Origin: Anaerolineae bacterium
Lineage (GTDB): Bacteria > Chloroflexota > Anaerolineae > UBA1429
NCBI GenBank assembly: GCA_041685915.1
Contig: JAWLEV010000003.1
Span: 11,206 to 75,205, forward strand
Direction of reading: 5' to 3'
DNA length: 64,000 nucleotides
Both the position numbers and the translations under genes were made by a program. Below the pieces are notes generated by a model. That model did not search any database, was not told the origin of the DNA, and saw nothing but the letters and a program-made list of their open reading frames with translations. This document shows, in pieces, positions 1-9,046 of this stretch; within the stretch, counting starts at the first letter, position 1, and each line of letters starts with the position of its first letter.

Positions 1-1287
1 CAGCTTTAGGATATCCCTGTCCACATCGGGCCGCACCGCTCCATCTGTAACCTTTACCTTTTCCTCTCCCTTTTTGGTAACTATTTGCCCGGGGACGATT
101 TCGATAACCGGATAGGTTTCCTCGGCAGTTTCCCCGTCTCCCCCAAAAGAAGGAACTTTTAGCGATTCTGTTGTGAGTGACTCGATATGGACAGTATCCG
201 CCAACTCTGCGGTAACAGGGGGCAAGGACAGCGAAAATTCGCCCTCGCTGGCTACCAACTTTCCCCGATAAAACACTCTATCTATCTCTAATCGTGTCAG
301 GTCGCTGATAGTTATAAGATCGGCCATATAACCTGGGGCAATGGCTCCTCTATCATAAAGTCTGAAATATTCGGCAGCATTAATCGTGGCGAGTTGGATT
401 GCCCGAACCGGATCCAGACCTCTGCTGATGGCCTTTCGTACCACAGCGTCGATATCACCTTCGCAAAGTAGATCGGAACAACTGCGGTCATCGACCACAA
501 AGGAGCATCTCCTATATGTGTTGTCAGTGACCAAAGGAAGAAGGGTATCCAGATTCTTCTCTGAAGAGCCTTCCCGAATCATGAGATGCATGCCTCGCTG
601 CAGTTTTTCCCTTCCTTCTTCTAAGGCAGTGGATTCATGATCGGAGAGGATACCGGCAGCCAGATAGGCGTTCAGTTCTTTACCGCCGAGTCCCGGTGCA
701 TGTCCATCGATAACTTTGCCTCTAGACGCGTCGATTTTGCTCAGAACCCCTTTGTCTCCATTAACTACACCCGGAAAGTTCATGACCTCTCCCAGGCCAA
801 TCATCTTGGGGTAGGTTAAAAGTTCCTTTACTTCCTCAGGACCGATCTGTGCCCCTGATGTCTCCAGATGAGTTGCCGGCACGCATGAAGGAACCATAAA
901 TAACATATCCAGAGGAAGAGCCTGGGCCCAATCCATGGCAAATTTTAGGCCTTCAAGGCCGCAAACATTGGCAATTTCATGCAGGTCAGTGACCACGGTC
1001 AAGGTGCCTCTGGGGACGACAGCCTGAGCATACCGCGCCGGATGAAGCATAGAGCTTTCAATATGCGTATGCCCATTAATCAGACCGGGGGCCAAAAAAT
1101 CATGCTGCAAATCAATGACCTTCTCGGCTTCGTCATAAGCGCCTATTCCAGCAATCCTGTCGCCACAGATGGCTACGTCGGCCTGCTCTATTTCTCCGAC
1201 AAAAGTGTTTACTATCCGACCATTTTTGAGGACCACATCGGCTGCTGTTTCGCCCTTGGCCACAGAGATCAGTTCCTTTAGGCTCAT
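1..1287 (-). CDS. ade: Adenine deaminase (amidohydrolase family), partial. The C-terminal part lies beyond the window start.
   Basis: Manual reverse-complement translation from the ATG at 1285-1287 gives MSLKELISVAKGETAADVVLKNGRIVNTFVGEIEQADVAICGDRIAGIGAYDEAEKVIDLQHDFLAPGLINGHTHIESSMLHPARYAQA. This is a metal-binding HxH amidohydrolase motif typical of adenine deaminase. The frame stays open to position 1, so it is missing from the ORF track because no stop falls inside the window. An AAGGAT RBS lies upstream. Confidence 0.7.
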   Translation of the reverse strand, partial: MSLKELISVAKGETAADVVLKNGRIVNTFVGEIEQADVAICGDRIAGIGAYDEAEKVIDLQHDFLAPGLINGHTHIESSMLHPARYAQAVVPRGTLTVVTDLHEIANVCGLEGLKFAMDWAQALPLDMLFMVPSCVPATHLETSGAQIGPEEVKELLTYPKMIGLGEVMNFPGVVNGDKGVLSKIDASRGKVIDGHAPGLGGKELNAYLAAGILSDHESTALEEGREKLQRGMHLMIREGSSEKNLDTLLPLVTDNTYRRCSFVVDDRSCSDLLCEGDIDAVVRKAISRGLDPVRAIQLATINAAEYFRLYDRGAIAPGYMADLITISDLTRLEIDRVFYRGKLVASEGEFSLSLPPVTAELADTVHIESLTTESLKVPSFGGDGETAEETYPVIEIVPGQIVTKKGEEKVKVTDGAVRPDVDRDILKL

Positions 1288-1412
1288 CCCTATCCTTTCA
1301 GAATATACCAGAAAAGAAGCCCATACTTCAGTCCCACAGCCAGCACTCCCATTCTAGCACCTCTTGTTTTGTATTGTCAAAGATGAAGAATTACCTTTTC
1401 TGTCCGCTTCGA

Positions 1413-2924
1413 TTATCGATCCTGAACTTTTCTGGGGTAGGGGCGATACCATCCCTCTCGCCCAAATGCTGTCGTCTGGGACAGATCTTTGGTATAGACG
1501 CGCCGATCGTGGAAAGCGTCATTGAGAGAACGCATCAGGGCCGGTACAAGTTCCATATCAAGTTTTCGGAAGATCTGCGCGTATCGTTCGTCATCTATCA
1601 GGTTGTTTTGCTCTCTGGGATCCTCATGGAGATTGAAAAGCAGTTCTTCCCCCGTAGCGTACTTGGCCAGTCTCCATTCCCCATCGTATATCATCCAACC
1701 TCCTTGAAGGATGCCCATGATATGTTCTCGAGATTCTCGATCCCCGAGATCAAAACCTGGGAGGGGTATAGAGTCCATATAATCGGGAACCTGGCAGCCC
1801 GCAAACCGGAGCATCGTGGCGGTAACATCGGTAAGGGTCACGAGTTCCTGATTCGTCGCCGTGCCATCAGCCCAAGGAAGGTATACGAGGAGAGGAACAT
1901 GGCAGCTCGCCTCAAAGAATGTCCCCTTGCCGATCAGATCATGATCTCCCAAATAGTCGCCGTGATCGGAAGAGAAGATGATGATGGTATTATCGAGCAG
2001 ATCCTTCTCACGCAGCGCGTCGAGAATCTGTCCCATCTCATAGTCTATTTGCTTAACCAATCCCGCATAGTGTGCGCGAATCCTTTTCTTCTGCGTCACC
2101 GGGAACTCGGTATAGTCGACACCATTCCATGGGCGGCGATTACCTTCGATATTCTGTTGCTGGAGTTGGGGAGCCTGGCCTTCGACTTTGGGGACCGGCT
2201 CGGGCATATCCCGGGGGTCAAAGGGATCCAGGAACTCTGGCGAGGGATCATAGGGGCAATGGGGACCGGGGAATCCTATCATCATAGCAAAGGGACCCTC
2301 ATCGCCATATTCCCGAATAAAACGACAGGATTCCTGCCCCACAAAATGGTCCACAGAATATTCCCAGGGAATCTTGTTTATGATGGCTCCCTTATTCTCA
2401 AAATAGCCTTCGTGTTCTTTCCCATGCAGTTTTCTGTAACCGTGGCACCTGAGAAAGTGATAATAGTCATCCCGTATGTGGATCCAGCGTTTATCCTCCG
2501 CGATGACGCGATATTGGAATCCCAGTCGCAGATCCCAGGGATAAAAGTGCATTTTGCCGATTGCTGCTGTATAGTATCCGTTCTGCCTCAATATCTCCGG
2601 CCATGTGGAGATACCACAGTCACGATAGTCGGCACGTAAAAACTGTCCATTGCTCAGAACTCCTGTCCTGGCCGCGTTCATGCCCGTCAAGAGCGAGACA
2701 CGTGCGGGAACACAGAGGGGATGTGGCGAATAGGCATTACTGAACAAAACGCCCCTCTCCACAAGACTGTCGATGTGGGGCGTATCGATAAAAGGAGCAT
2801 CATAGCAACTCAAAAAGTCGGAGCGCAACTGATCCGGCATGATGAAGACAAGATTCGGTTTTTTAGACACTGCTTTCTCCCTCCTATTGGGGGACTTATT
2901 GTTTGGACTCTGGCAAAGGCTCAT
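1413..2924 (-). CDS. Cys-type sulfatase (arylsulfatase family)
   Basis: Contains LVFIMPDQLRSDFLSCYD and PLCVPARVSLLTG, i.e. the C-x-P-x-R formylglycine motif. The start is moved from the ORF-track start to the ATG at 2922-2924, which is preceded by GGAGGGAGGAG. Confidence 0.85.
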   Translation of the reverse strand: MSLCQSPNNKSPNRREKAVSKKPNLVFIMPDQLRSDFLSCYDAPFIDTPHIDSLVERGVLFSNAYSPHPLCVPARVSLLTGMNAARTGVLSNGQFLRADYRDCGISTWPEILRQNGYYTAAIGKMHFYPWDLRLGFQYRVIAEDKRWIHIRDDYYHFLRCHGYRKLHGKEHEGYFENKGAIINKIPWEYSVDHFVGQESCRFIREYGDEGPFAMMIGFPGPHCPYDPSPEFLDPFDPRDMPEPVPKVEGQAPQLQQQNIEGNRRPWNGVDYTEFPVTQKKRIRAHYAGLVKQIDYEMGQILDALREKDLLDNTIIIFSSDHGDYLGDHDLIGKGTFFEASCHVPLLVYLPWADGTATNQELVTLTDVTATMLRFAGCQVPDYMDSIPLPGFDLGDRESREHIMGILQGGWMIYDGEWRLAKYATGEELLFNLHEDPREQNNLIDDERYAQIFRKLDMELVPALMRSLNDAFHDRRVYTKDLSQTTAFGREGWYRPYPRKVQDR

Positions 2925-4632
2925 CTCCTCCCTCCTCTGAGAGGGCTTCCCTTCTTTTGGCATCCCGCAGATCATCATAGACGCTGAACCACTCTGCCAA
3001 TTCTGCCTGACGCCTCTGTGCCTCCCTTTCGCGCTGCGCCTCGCGAAAGGCTTCAATGCGCCGAAATATCTCATTTTGCACATCGTGGGGATTTGGAACT
3101 TTGTTGAATGTAAAACTACCTGCACCGGCGGTCTGGATGACGACGTCTCCATAGTCAAAGGCCGCTGCCAAAAAGCTGGGGACCTCTAGACTTACATGTT
3201 GGATCATACCCAAACTGGCCTCACGTCGCTCCTCCGATACAAAGAGGGGACGCTTATCAATATCTACGATCCGATCCTCCGTCACGATGTAAAGGTCATT
3301 GCCCCAATCGACCGTGTTCCACCAGAGCAGTCCTACGAGAAACGTGGTGACGGGAACCAACATGAAGGGATAATAGGGATACAACTCTGTAACCAAAGGT
3401 TGTGGGATACCAAAAAAGCCCAGAAGCATCGCCACGCTGACGATGAAGCACCAAAAGAGGGGAGCGACGGTTTCTCGTATAAGGAATATCCAATGTTTTC
3501 TCCACGTGGTGGCTTCTTCTGTCTGCATTCGCGTCCGTGGGATGAGGCCATGCTCTGCGATCCAGGTGAGAAAACGTGTGATCGGTCCAGGTTGCACCCT
3601 CACCATTGCAGGTCCAGCGGCACGGCTACTATCTTCCAATCCACCTCCCTCAGCCACGGCCTCAGAAGTATCCAGTCCCAGATGACGGGCCAGAGTATCA
3701 CGCACAGTTTGCCGCTGCTCGGCATGACGCGTGGCCTGGGCACGGGCCATCTCCTCCCAGATGGCATCCCTCGCCTCCTCGGGGCAGGATATATGGTCGA
3801 AGCGTATGGTGCCGACTTCGGCGGCCGTCTCGATGATCAAGTCCCCATAGTTCAACATCTGCCCCATAAAGTCACGCACGATTCGAAAGTCCTGAATCCG
3901 CGCCAAGGGCGCAGCGTTCCGCGACTCGTAGAGAAAGGCGACTTGTTCGCGATGGACAACTCTTTGGATGGAAGCGACAAAATAATCATTGCGCCAATCG
4001 ACCCAGTGCCAGAGAAAGCTCATTACATAAAAAGCAGATAAGAGGAAAAAGGGGATGAACAGGTTCGGTTTGCCCGCAAGCCACGTCCTCAACCACAGCA
4101 AGGCCGCAAAGCCGACAAGCACAACCAGGGTGATTATCATCATGGAGCGGACAAACACGGACCAGTGCCTGCGGCTATGATATATAATCACTTCTCCGGG
4201 TCCCAACCATGGATAATGGGGCGCCCGTAGTTTCTCCCGGATGTCCGGCCGGATAGCCAACTGCTGTCGCAGATTCTCGTATTCCGACAGCAACCTTTCA
4301 AATTCGGAGCGCGTCAGCATCCAGATACGCATCTCCGTCTTGGCAGTGACGGTAGCGTCTCGAGGCTCACTTAAAAAGAGGGAGGTAATACCAAAGTAAT
4401 CACCGCGTCGCATCATATCGACGGGACGCTGAAGGCCATTTTCATCGACACGATGGACGACCGCCTCGCCGCGGCGGATAAGGAAAAAGACACTCCCCAG
4501 ATCCGCCTGGCGTGTTAATACGGTCCCGGCGGGGATCTCGCGCTCTTCGCCCTCGTTGGCAACCAGCGCGAGATGGTGTTCTGAGAGCTGCTGAAAGAGG
4601 GGGACCCTGCAAAGCTCTTCTACTAGGCTCAT
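2896..4632 (-). CDS. Membrane protein with an N-terminal cyclic-nucleotide-binding (Crp-like) domain and two tandem modules of [TM hairpin + bacterial PH (YdbT/bPH_2-like) domain]
   Basis: N-terminus reads LFQQLSEHHLALVANEGEEREIPAGTVLTRQADLGSVFFLIRRGEAVV...RRGDYFGITSL, a cNMP-binding fold. Two hydrophobic hairpins are each followed by a module ending in YGDLIIETAAEVGTIRF and YGDVVIQTAGAGSFTF. The start may be 4632 (MSLVEE, preceded by AGGAAA) or 4656. Confidence 0.6.
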   Translation of the reverse strand: MSLVEELCRVPLFQQLSEHHLALVANEGEEREIPAGTVLTRQADLGSVFFLIRRGEAVVHRVDENGLQRPVDMMRRGDYFGITSLFLSEPRDATVTAKTEMRIWMLTRSEFERLLSEYENLRQQLAIRPDIREKLRAPHYPWLGPGEVIIYHSRRHWSVFVRSMMIITLVVLVGFAALLWLRTWLAGKPNLFIPFFLLSAFYVMSFLWHWVDWRNDYFVASIQRVVHREQVAFLYESRNAAPLARIQDFRIVRDFMGQMLNYGDLIIETAAEVGTIRFDHISCPEEARDAIWEEMARAQATRHAEQRQTVRDTLARHLGLDTSEAVAEGGGLEDSSRAAGPAMVRVQPGPITRFLTWIAEHGLIPRTRMQTEEATTWRKHWIFLIRETVAPLFWCFIVSVAMLLGFFGIPQPLVTELYPYYPFMLVPVTTFLVGLLWWNTVDWGNDLYIVTEDRIVDIDKRPLFVSEERREASLGMIQHVSLEVPSFLAAAFDYGDVVIQTAGAGSFTFNKVPNPHDVQNEIFRRIEAFREAQREREAQRRQAELAEWFSVYDDLRDAKRREALSEEGGDEPLPESKQ

Positions 4633-4770
4633 ATGGCATATCTGTTTCCTGTCCACAGCGACGAACCTATTCTAACAGAATATCCTCGTTGTTACAACCT
4701 GTCCCTCGCATAGGCATCGGTTCCTGCCATCCCCATCTGGCCAATGCGCAGGTTCAAAGAGCCGATTTGT

Positions 4771-4799
4771 TTGTGAGTGTGAGGCAGGTATGGTAGAAT
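4771..4799 (+). promoter_or_regulatory. Sigma70-like promoter (TTGTGA, 17 nt spacer, TGgTAGAAT extended -10) upstream of the LuxR/Kelch gene
   Basis: -35 at 4771-4776 and -10 at 4794-4799, about 27 nt upstream of the ATG at 4826. Confidence 0.4.
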
Positions 4800-4825
4800 G
4801 CTGGGTGACATATAGAGAGGGAGCC

Positions 4826-6166
4826 ATGAGCACCGAATCTCCGGACGAACTGAGTGCGCGGGAAAAGGAGATACTGGAACTGGTCGCCACGGGGGCGACG
4901 AACCGGCAGATCGCTGCCAAGTTGACCATCAGCATCAACACGGTCAAGACCCATCTCCGCAACGTCTTTACCAAGCTTTCCGTCGAGTCGCGGACGGAGG
5001 CAGCCTTGTGGGCCGTGAAATATGGTGTGGTTGAGGTCGAACAGGAGAACACCCACTCAACACACGAGGATGATATATCGAAAGAGCCCGTGGATTGGGA
5101 ACTGGAAAGTCAGTGGCCATTGCGAGTGGGCCAGTATCTGGCTTTAGGGATTTCGCTCCTCTTTATCCTTATTGTCACTTTTGGGGCCAAAAAGGTCCGG
5201 GGCACGGATGACCAAGAAAGTCCCTTTGTGGATCTTCCTCGGATGACGGAAAGCGATATTTCTGTGGGCTCCTCTTCGCGGTGGCGGTCAAAGACTCAGT
5301 TGCCCACACCTCGAGGTCGCTTTGCCCAAACACAGGTGGAAGACAAGATATTTGTCATCAGCGGTTCGGAGGATCAGGGATGGAGCGCGGCAGTCGAAGT
5401 GTATGACGTAACCCGAGATGACTGGGAACGGAAACGTGATAAGCCCACACCCGTGGCCAATGTAGGGGCGGTGGCTATAGATGGTCTGATCTATGTTCCG
5501 GGGGGACTGGATGCATCGGATCGGGTACGGGATATCCTTGAGGTTTATGATCCAGAGGCCGATGCCTGGCATACCTCGACCCCTTTACCAACGCCTCTAT
5601 GTGCCTATGCCATCGCACCTTTCGAGGATGGCTTTTATCTTTTTGGCGGCTGGGACGGGGAGATGTATCGCTCGTCCGTGTACTATTACGATGTGCCTTC
5701 CGAGACCTGGCGTGAGGAGGAATCCATGGAGACGGCCAAGGCATTTGCTGCAGCCGCCTTGCTAAAAGATCGCATTTATCTCGTGGGGGGATATGACGGT
5801 TCCCAGGAATTCGATCTATGTCATTCTTATACCCCCTCCCTCGCTGCGGAGGAAAGCGATCCATGGCAGGAACACGCCCCCATGAGCATCGGGCGGGCGG
5901 GACACGCCATGGCAGCATCTCAAGGAGGACTGTATGTCGTTGGTGGGGGATTGAAAAATACCTTTACATATAACGAACGCTATGATGTAGGAAACAATGC
6001 TTGGTCCAGCTTTGAAAGTCCCATCACTGATCGCTGGCGCACCTTGGGACTCTCAACCGCCAATTCCAAAGATGGCACGTTTCTCTATGCCATCGGAGGC
6101 TGGAATGGAAAGCATCTAGGTGCTGTGGAAACCTATCAAATATCTTTTCGAGTGTATTTACCATAA
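4826..6166 (+). CDS. LuxR/GerE-type HTH (N-terminal), single TM helix, then Kelch-repeat beta-propeller protein
   Basis: REKEILELVATGATNRQIAAKLTISINTVKTHLRNVFTKLSV is a GerE HTH. The hydrophobic segment is YLALGISLLFILIVTFGA. Kelch-like repeats are IYVPGG, FYLFGGWDG, IYLVGGYDG, LYVVGGG and LYAIGGWNG. The RBS GAGAGGGAG precedes the ATG at 4826. Confidence 0.7.
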   Translation: MSTESPDELSAREKEILELVATGATNRQIAAKLTISINTVKTHLRNVFTKLSVESRTEAALWAVKYGVVEVEQENTHSTHEDDISKEPVDWELESQWPLRVGQYLALGISLLFILIVTFGAKKVRGTDDQESPFVDLPRMTESDISVGSSSRWRSKTQLPTPRGRFAQTQVEDKIFVISGSEDQGWSAAVEVYDVTRDDWERKRDKPTPVANVGAVAIDGLIYVPGGLDASDRVRDILEVYDPEADAWHTSTPLPTPLCAYAIAPFEDGFYLFGGWDGEMYRSSVYYYDVPSETWREEESMETAKAFAAAALLKDRIYLVGGYDGSQEFDLCHSYTPSLAAEESDPWQEHAPMSIGRAGHAMAASQGGLYVVGGGLKNTFTYNERYDVGNNAWSSFESPITDRWRTLGLSTANSKDGTFLYAIGGWNGKHLGAVETYQISFRVYLP

Positions 6167-6182
6167 AGGAGAATGGAACGTA

Positions 6183-6617
6183 ATGCCCGGGGACAATATC
6201 TACAAGGCCGACGCGACCTTGGTTCAGGGGCTACAGTTTGTGGGGCGGGGCGCTCAGTCGGGGATTGCTGTGGTGTTGGACGGCGTGGAAAAGCATGGTG
6301 GTTTAGAGAGCGGGATACGTCCCATGGAGTGTTTGCTGGTCAGTCTAGCCAGTTGCACCGCTATGGACGTCATATCCATCCTGCGCAAAAAGCGCCAGGA
6401 GGTGACAGGTTTTCGTGTGGAGGTAAAAGGAGTCCGGGCTGAGGAACATCCCAGGCGCTATGAGCGGATCACCCTGCATTATGTTGTCCAGGGCCACGAC
6501 GTGTCGGAGGAAGCCGTGGCCCGTTCCATTGAGTTGTCACAGACAAAGTACTGTGGCGTGACGGCCAGTCTCAAGAGTGAGATCGATTACGAGTATACAG
6601 TAGAGGCGGGGAACTGA
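6183..6617 (+). CDS. OsmC/Ohr-family peroxiredoxin-like protein
   Basis: ECLLVSLASCTAMDVISIL...TLHYVVQGHDVSEEAVARSIELSQTKYCGVTASL matches the OsmC fold with two conserved Cys. AAAGGAGA RBS upstream. Confidence 0.8.
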   Translation: MPGDNIYKADATLVQGLQFVGRGAQSGIAVVLDGVEKHGGLESGIRPMECLLVSLASCTAMDVISILRKKRQEVTGFRVEVKGVRAEEHPRRYERITLHYVVQGHDVSEEAVARSIELSQTKYCGVTASLKSEIDYEYTVEAGN

Positions 6618-8026
6618 TGGCCTCAACATACGATATCGTTATCATCGGAGCCGGGCCGGGCGGGTATGTGGCTGCCATTCGGGGGGCCCAGCGGGGCGCG
6701 AAAGTAGCCCTTGTGGATAGAGAGGGTATAGGAGGCACCTGTCTGAACTATGGTTGTATTCCCACAAAAGCCTTGGTCCGCGATGCGGAACTTTACCGTG
6801 ATGCTACCTCGGGAGATTATTGTGTGGATGTGGAAGGCTCGTTCCACCTCGACTTTTCGCGGCTTATGGAACGCAAGCGCGAGGTTGTAGATACACTCGT
6901 TGGTGGCGTGGAGAGGCTTCTGGGCAGCTACGGTGTAGATGTGTTTATAGGTCATGGACGCATCGAGCGTCCGGGGCTGGTTGAGGTACATGGGGAGAAG
7001 AGTACACAGGAGTTGCCCTGCGACGCTATCATCATCGCCACGGGATCTATCCCTTCGCGGGCGCCCATTGCTGGCAACGGCTTGCCCGGCGTGGTTTCCT
7101 CGCGAGAGCTATTGGAGATCGATAGTTTACCCGAACGTCTGGTAATCGTGGGTGGCAGCGCTGTGGGTGTGGAATTCGCCTGCATCTTTCAGGCGTTGGG
7201 TACAAAAGTCACCCTGCTGGGACGGAAAAGTTTTGTCAAGGAAACAGAGCCCCAGATCAGCAGACGATTGCGGGCATACATGAAACGGCAAGGCATGTCC
7301 GTTACTATCGGTCTCACGTTCAAGTCCGTGAAGCCCAATGATAAGGGATCTCTGCTTGTAGAATATGAACGCAATGGCAAAGACTTGTATGCTGAGGGGG
7401 ATCTTGTTCTCCTGGCTACGGGACGTAGACCCAATACAGAAACGCTGGAACTGGAAAGGTTAGGGATCGAAATGGAGGGCTTGGCCATCAAAGTAGACGA
7501 ATCACTGCGAACCAACGTGCCGGATATATATGCCATCGGCGATTGCACCGGCGGATATATGTTTGCCCATGTGGCTTCCTATGAGGCAGAGGTCGCTGTG
7601 GAGAACATTTTGGGAGAGAAGCGCAAGGCAGACTATCGCGTCGTGCCCACATGCATCTTTACCATGCCCGAGATCGCGGACGTAGGGATGACCGAAGCGG
7701 AAGCGAAAGAGGCTAGACTGACATATACCGTAACCCGTTTTCCCTTCCGGGCCAACGGGCGGGCGTTGGCCGTAGGCGAGACATATGGTCAGATCCGTAT
7801 GCTTTGTGAGCAGACCCCCGAAGGAGAGGGAGGGAAGGTGCTTGGGGTGCATATCATTGGGCCTCGCGCGGGCGATCTGATAGCCGAAGCCGCTCTTGCC
7901 ATGCGCCTCGGAGCCACGGCAGAGGAGATTGCCCAGACTATCCATGCTCACCCCACAATGCCAGAGGCGATGATGGAAGCCGCGATGGCCCATTCCCTGG
8001 GCGCCATTCACTATGAGCGAAGATAG
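6617..8026 (+). CDS. lpdA: Dihydrolipoyl dehydrogenase
   Basis: YDIVIIGAGPGGYVAA, then GGTCLNYGCIPTKAL (redox disulfide), then a C-terminal HAHPTMPEA motif. The start overlaps the preceding stop (TGATGG). Confidence 0.9.
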   Translation: MASTYDIVIIGAGPGGYVAAIRGAQRGAKVALVDREGIGGTCLNYGCIPTKALVRDAELYRDATSGDYCVDVEGSFHLDFSRLMERKREVVDTLVGGVERLLGSYGVDVFIGHGRIERPGLVEVHGEKSTQELPCDAIIIATGSIPSRAPIAGNGLPGVVSSRELLEIDSLPERLVIVGGSAVGVEFACIFQALGTKVTLLGRKSFVKETEPQISRRLRAYMKRQGMSVTIGLTFKSVKPNDKGSLLVEYERNGKDLYAEGDLVLLATGRRPNTETLELERLGIEMEGLAIKVDESLRTNVPDIYAIGDCTGGYMFAHVASYEAEVAVENILGEKRKADYRVVPTCIFTMPEIADVGMTEAEAKEARLTYTVTRFPFRANGRALAVGETYGQIRMLCEQTPEGEGGKVLGVHIIGPRAGDLIAEAALAMRLGATAEEIAQTIHAHPTMPEAMMEAAMAHSLGAIHYERR

Positions 8027-8046
8027 ATAGGGGGCGAGGCTAGTAT

Positions 8047-8331
8047 ATGATCATCGGAGTATGTACGTTGGAGTTGCAGATCTATGGAAGCGCGTCGTTG
8101 AAGCAAAAGCGCCAGGTGGTGCAATCTGTGCTGGATAGAGTGCGCAATGAGTTCAACGTCTCTACGGCCGAGGTGGATCATCAGGATAGCTGGCAGCTTG
8201 CTACCTTGGCCTTTGCCTGTGTGGCCTCGGACGGGGGGTATGTACAGGGAATGCTGCAGCGCGTGGTGGATTTTGTGGATAGCAGGAGATTCAACCTCGT
8301 TCTCCTGGATTATCGGATCGAACTTTTCTAG
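8047..8331 (+). CDS. DUF503 (YlxP-like) family protein
   Basis: MIIGVCTLELQIYGSASLKQKRQVVQSVLDRVRNEFNVSTAEV matches the DUF503 pattern. Confidence 0.7.
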   Translation: MIIGVCTLELQIYGSASLKQKRQVVQSVLDRVRNEFNVSTAEVDHQDSWQLATLAFACVASDGGYVQGMLQRVVDFVDSRRFNLVLLDYRIELF

Positions 8332-8372
8332 ATCTACGGTGTCATGTTAGAGCGACGTAAAGGAGGAGATGC

Positions 8373-8660
8373 ATGGTGTTCAGAATCCTGGCCATCGCGA
8401 GGGACTGCTCCATCCTGCTTTTGGGCATAGAGATATTTGTCGTATTGCTCTTGCCCATTCTTGCTCTCTGGTATACAACCCGCTGGTTGAGGAGTTTCAT
8501 GCCCCAGATGATCCATACTCTGGAGGATGTGAAAGAAGAATGGTTTCACCTAGTCTCTCAGATCGATTCTGTCTTGGCTCGTATCAGAGCACCGGTTATC
8601 TGGATAGCGAGCAAGGGTGAAGGATTGAGAGTGTTTCTCTCACGGTTGAGGTCCACTTAG
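8373..8660 (+). CDS. Hypothetical small membrane protein
   Basis: AAAGGAGGAG RBS 5 nt before the ATG. One strongly hydrophobic segment (ILLLGIEIFVVLLLPILALWY). Confidence 0.4.
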   Translation: MVFRILAIARDCSILLLGIEIFVVLLLPILALWYTTRWLRSFMPQMIHTLEDVKEEWFHLVSQIDSVLARIRAPVIWIASKGEGLRVFLSRLRST

Positions 8661-8677
8661 GAAAAAGGAGGCTGGCT

Positions 8678-8869
8678 TTGCAAAAGAGTAAAAAGTACAT
8701 CGTGGAGGGCGCTGCACTGGGGGCTGTATTGGGGATCGTGGCAGGTTGGTTATACAGTCGCCGCATTGAAGAGACCGAAGACGAGGAAGTGGAAGAGATA
8801 GATACAAAGCGCGTGATGCGCCTCGTATGGTCGGGGCTGGGATTTGTAAGAGAGGTCGCCGAGTTGTAG
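8678..8869 (+). CDS. Hypothetical small membrane protein (TTG start)
   Basis: AAAAGGAGG lies 8 nt before the TTG. The N-terminal TM segment is GAALGAVLGIVAGWLY, followed by an acidic tail. Confidence 0.35.
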   Translation: MQKSKKYIVEGAALGAVLGIVAGWLYSRRIEETEDEEVEEIDTKRVMRLVWSGLGFVREVAEL

Positions 8870-8968
8870 TCCAGTTTTTAGAAGGATGGTAGAGGATAGC
8901 TTACGCTCGTGCCGTTCCCGTTTACTACCAGTCGTATTCGTTAATCGTACCTTTTTTCACAAGGATAT

Positions 8969-8996
8969 TTGACATAGACATCGCTCCATGTATAAT
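8969..8996 (+). promoter_or_regulatory. Consensus sigma70 promoter (TTGACA, 16 nt spacer, TATAAT) for the nfnAB-like operon
   Basis: Perfect -35 at 8969-8974 and perfect -10 at 8991-8996, about 50 nt upstream of the GTG at 9047. Confidence 0.6.
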
Positions 8997-9012
8997 CTCA
9001 CGCTGGTGCGTG
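8997..9012 (+). promoter_or_regulatory. 16-bp perfect palindrome TCACGC-TGGT-GCGTGA immediately after the -10 box (putative operator)
   Basis: The inverted repeat is read directly from the sequence and overlaps the predicted transcription start. Confidence 0.4.
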
Positions 9013-9046
9013 ATTTTCCAAGATTCGTTTATTAGGAGGCGTTTTC

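Noticed and set aside
1374-2639. 421-aa plus-strand ORF
   Set aside because: It lies entirely antisense to the sulfatase gene (1413..2924), which has clear family motifs and a strong RBS. It has no RBS and looks like a shadow ORF of GC-rich coding sequence.
3196-4041. 281-aa plus-strand ORF
   Set aside because: It is antisense to the cNMP-binding membrane protein gene, has no recognisable motifs and is low-complexity and Arg/Pro-rich.
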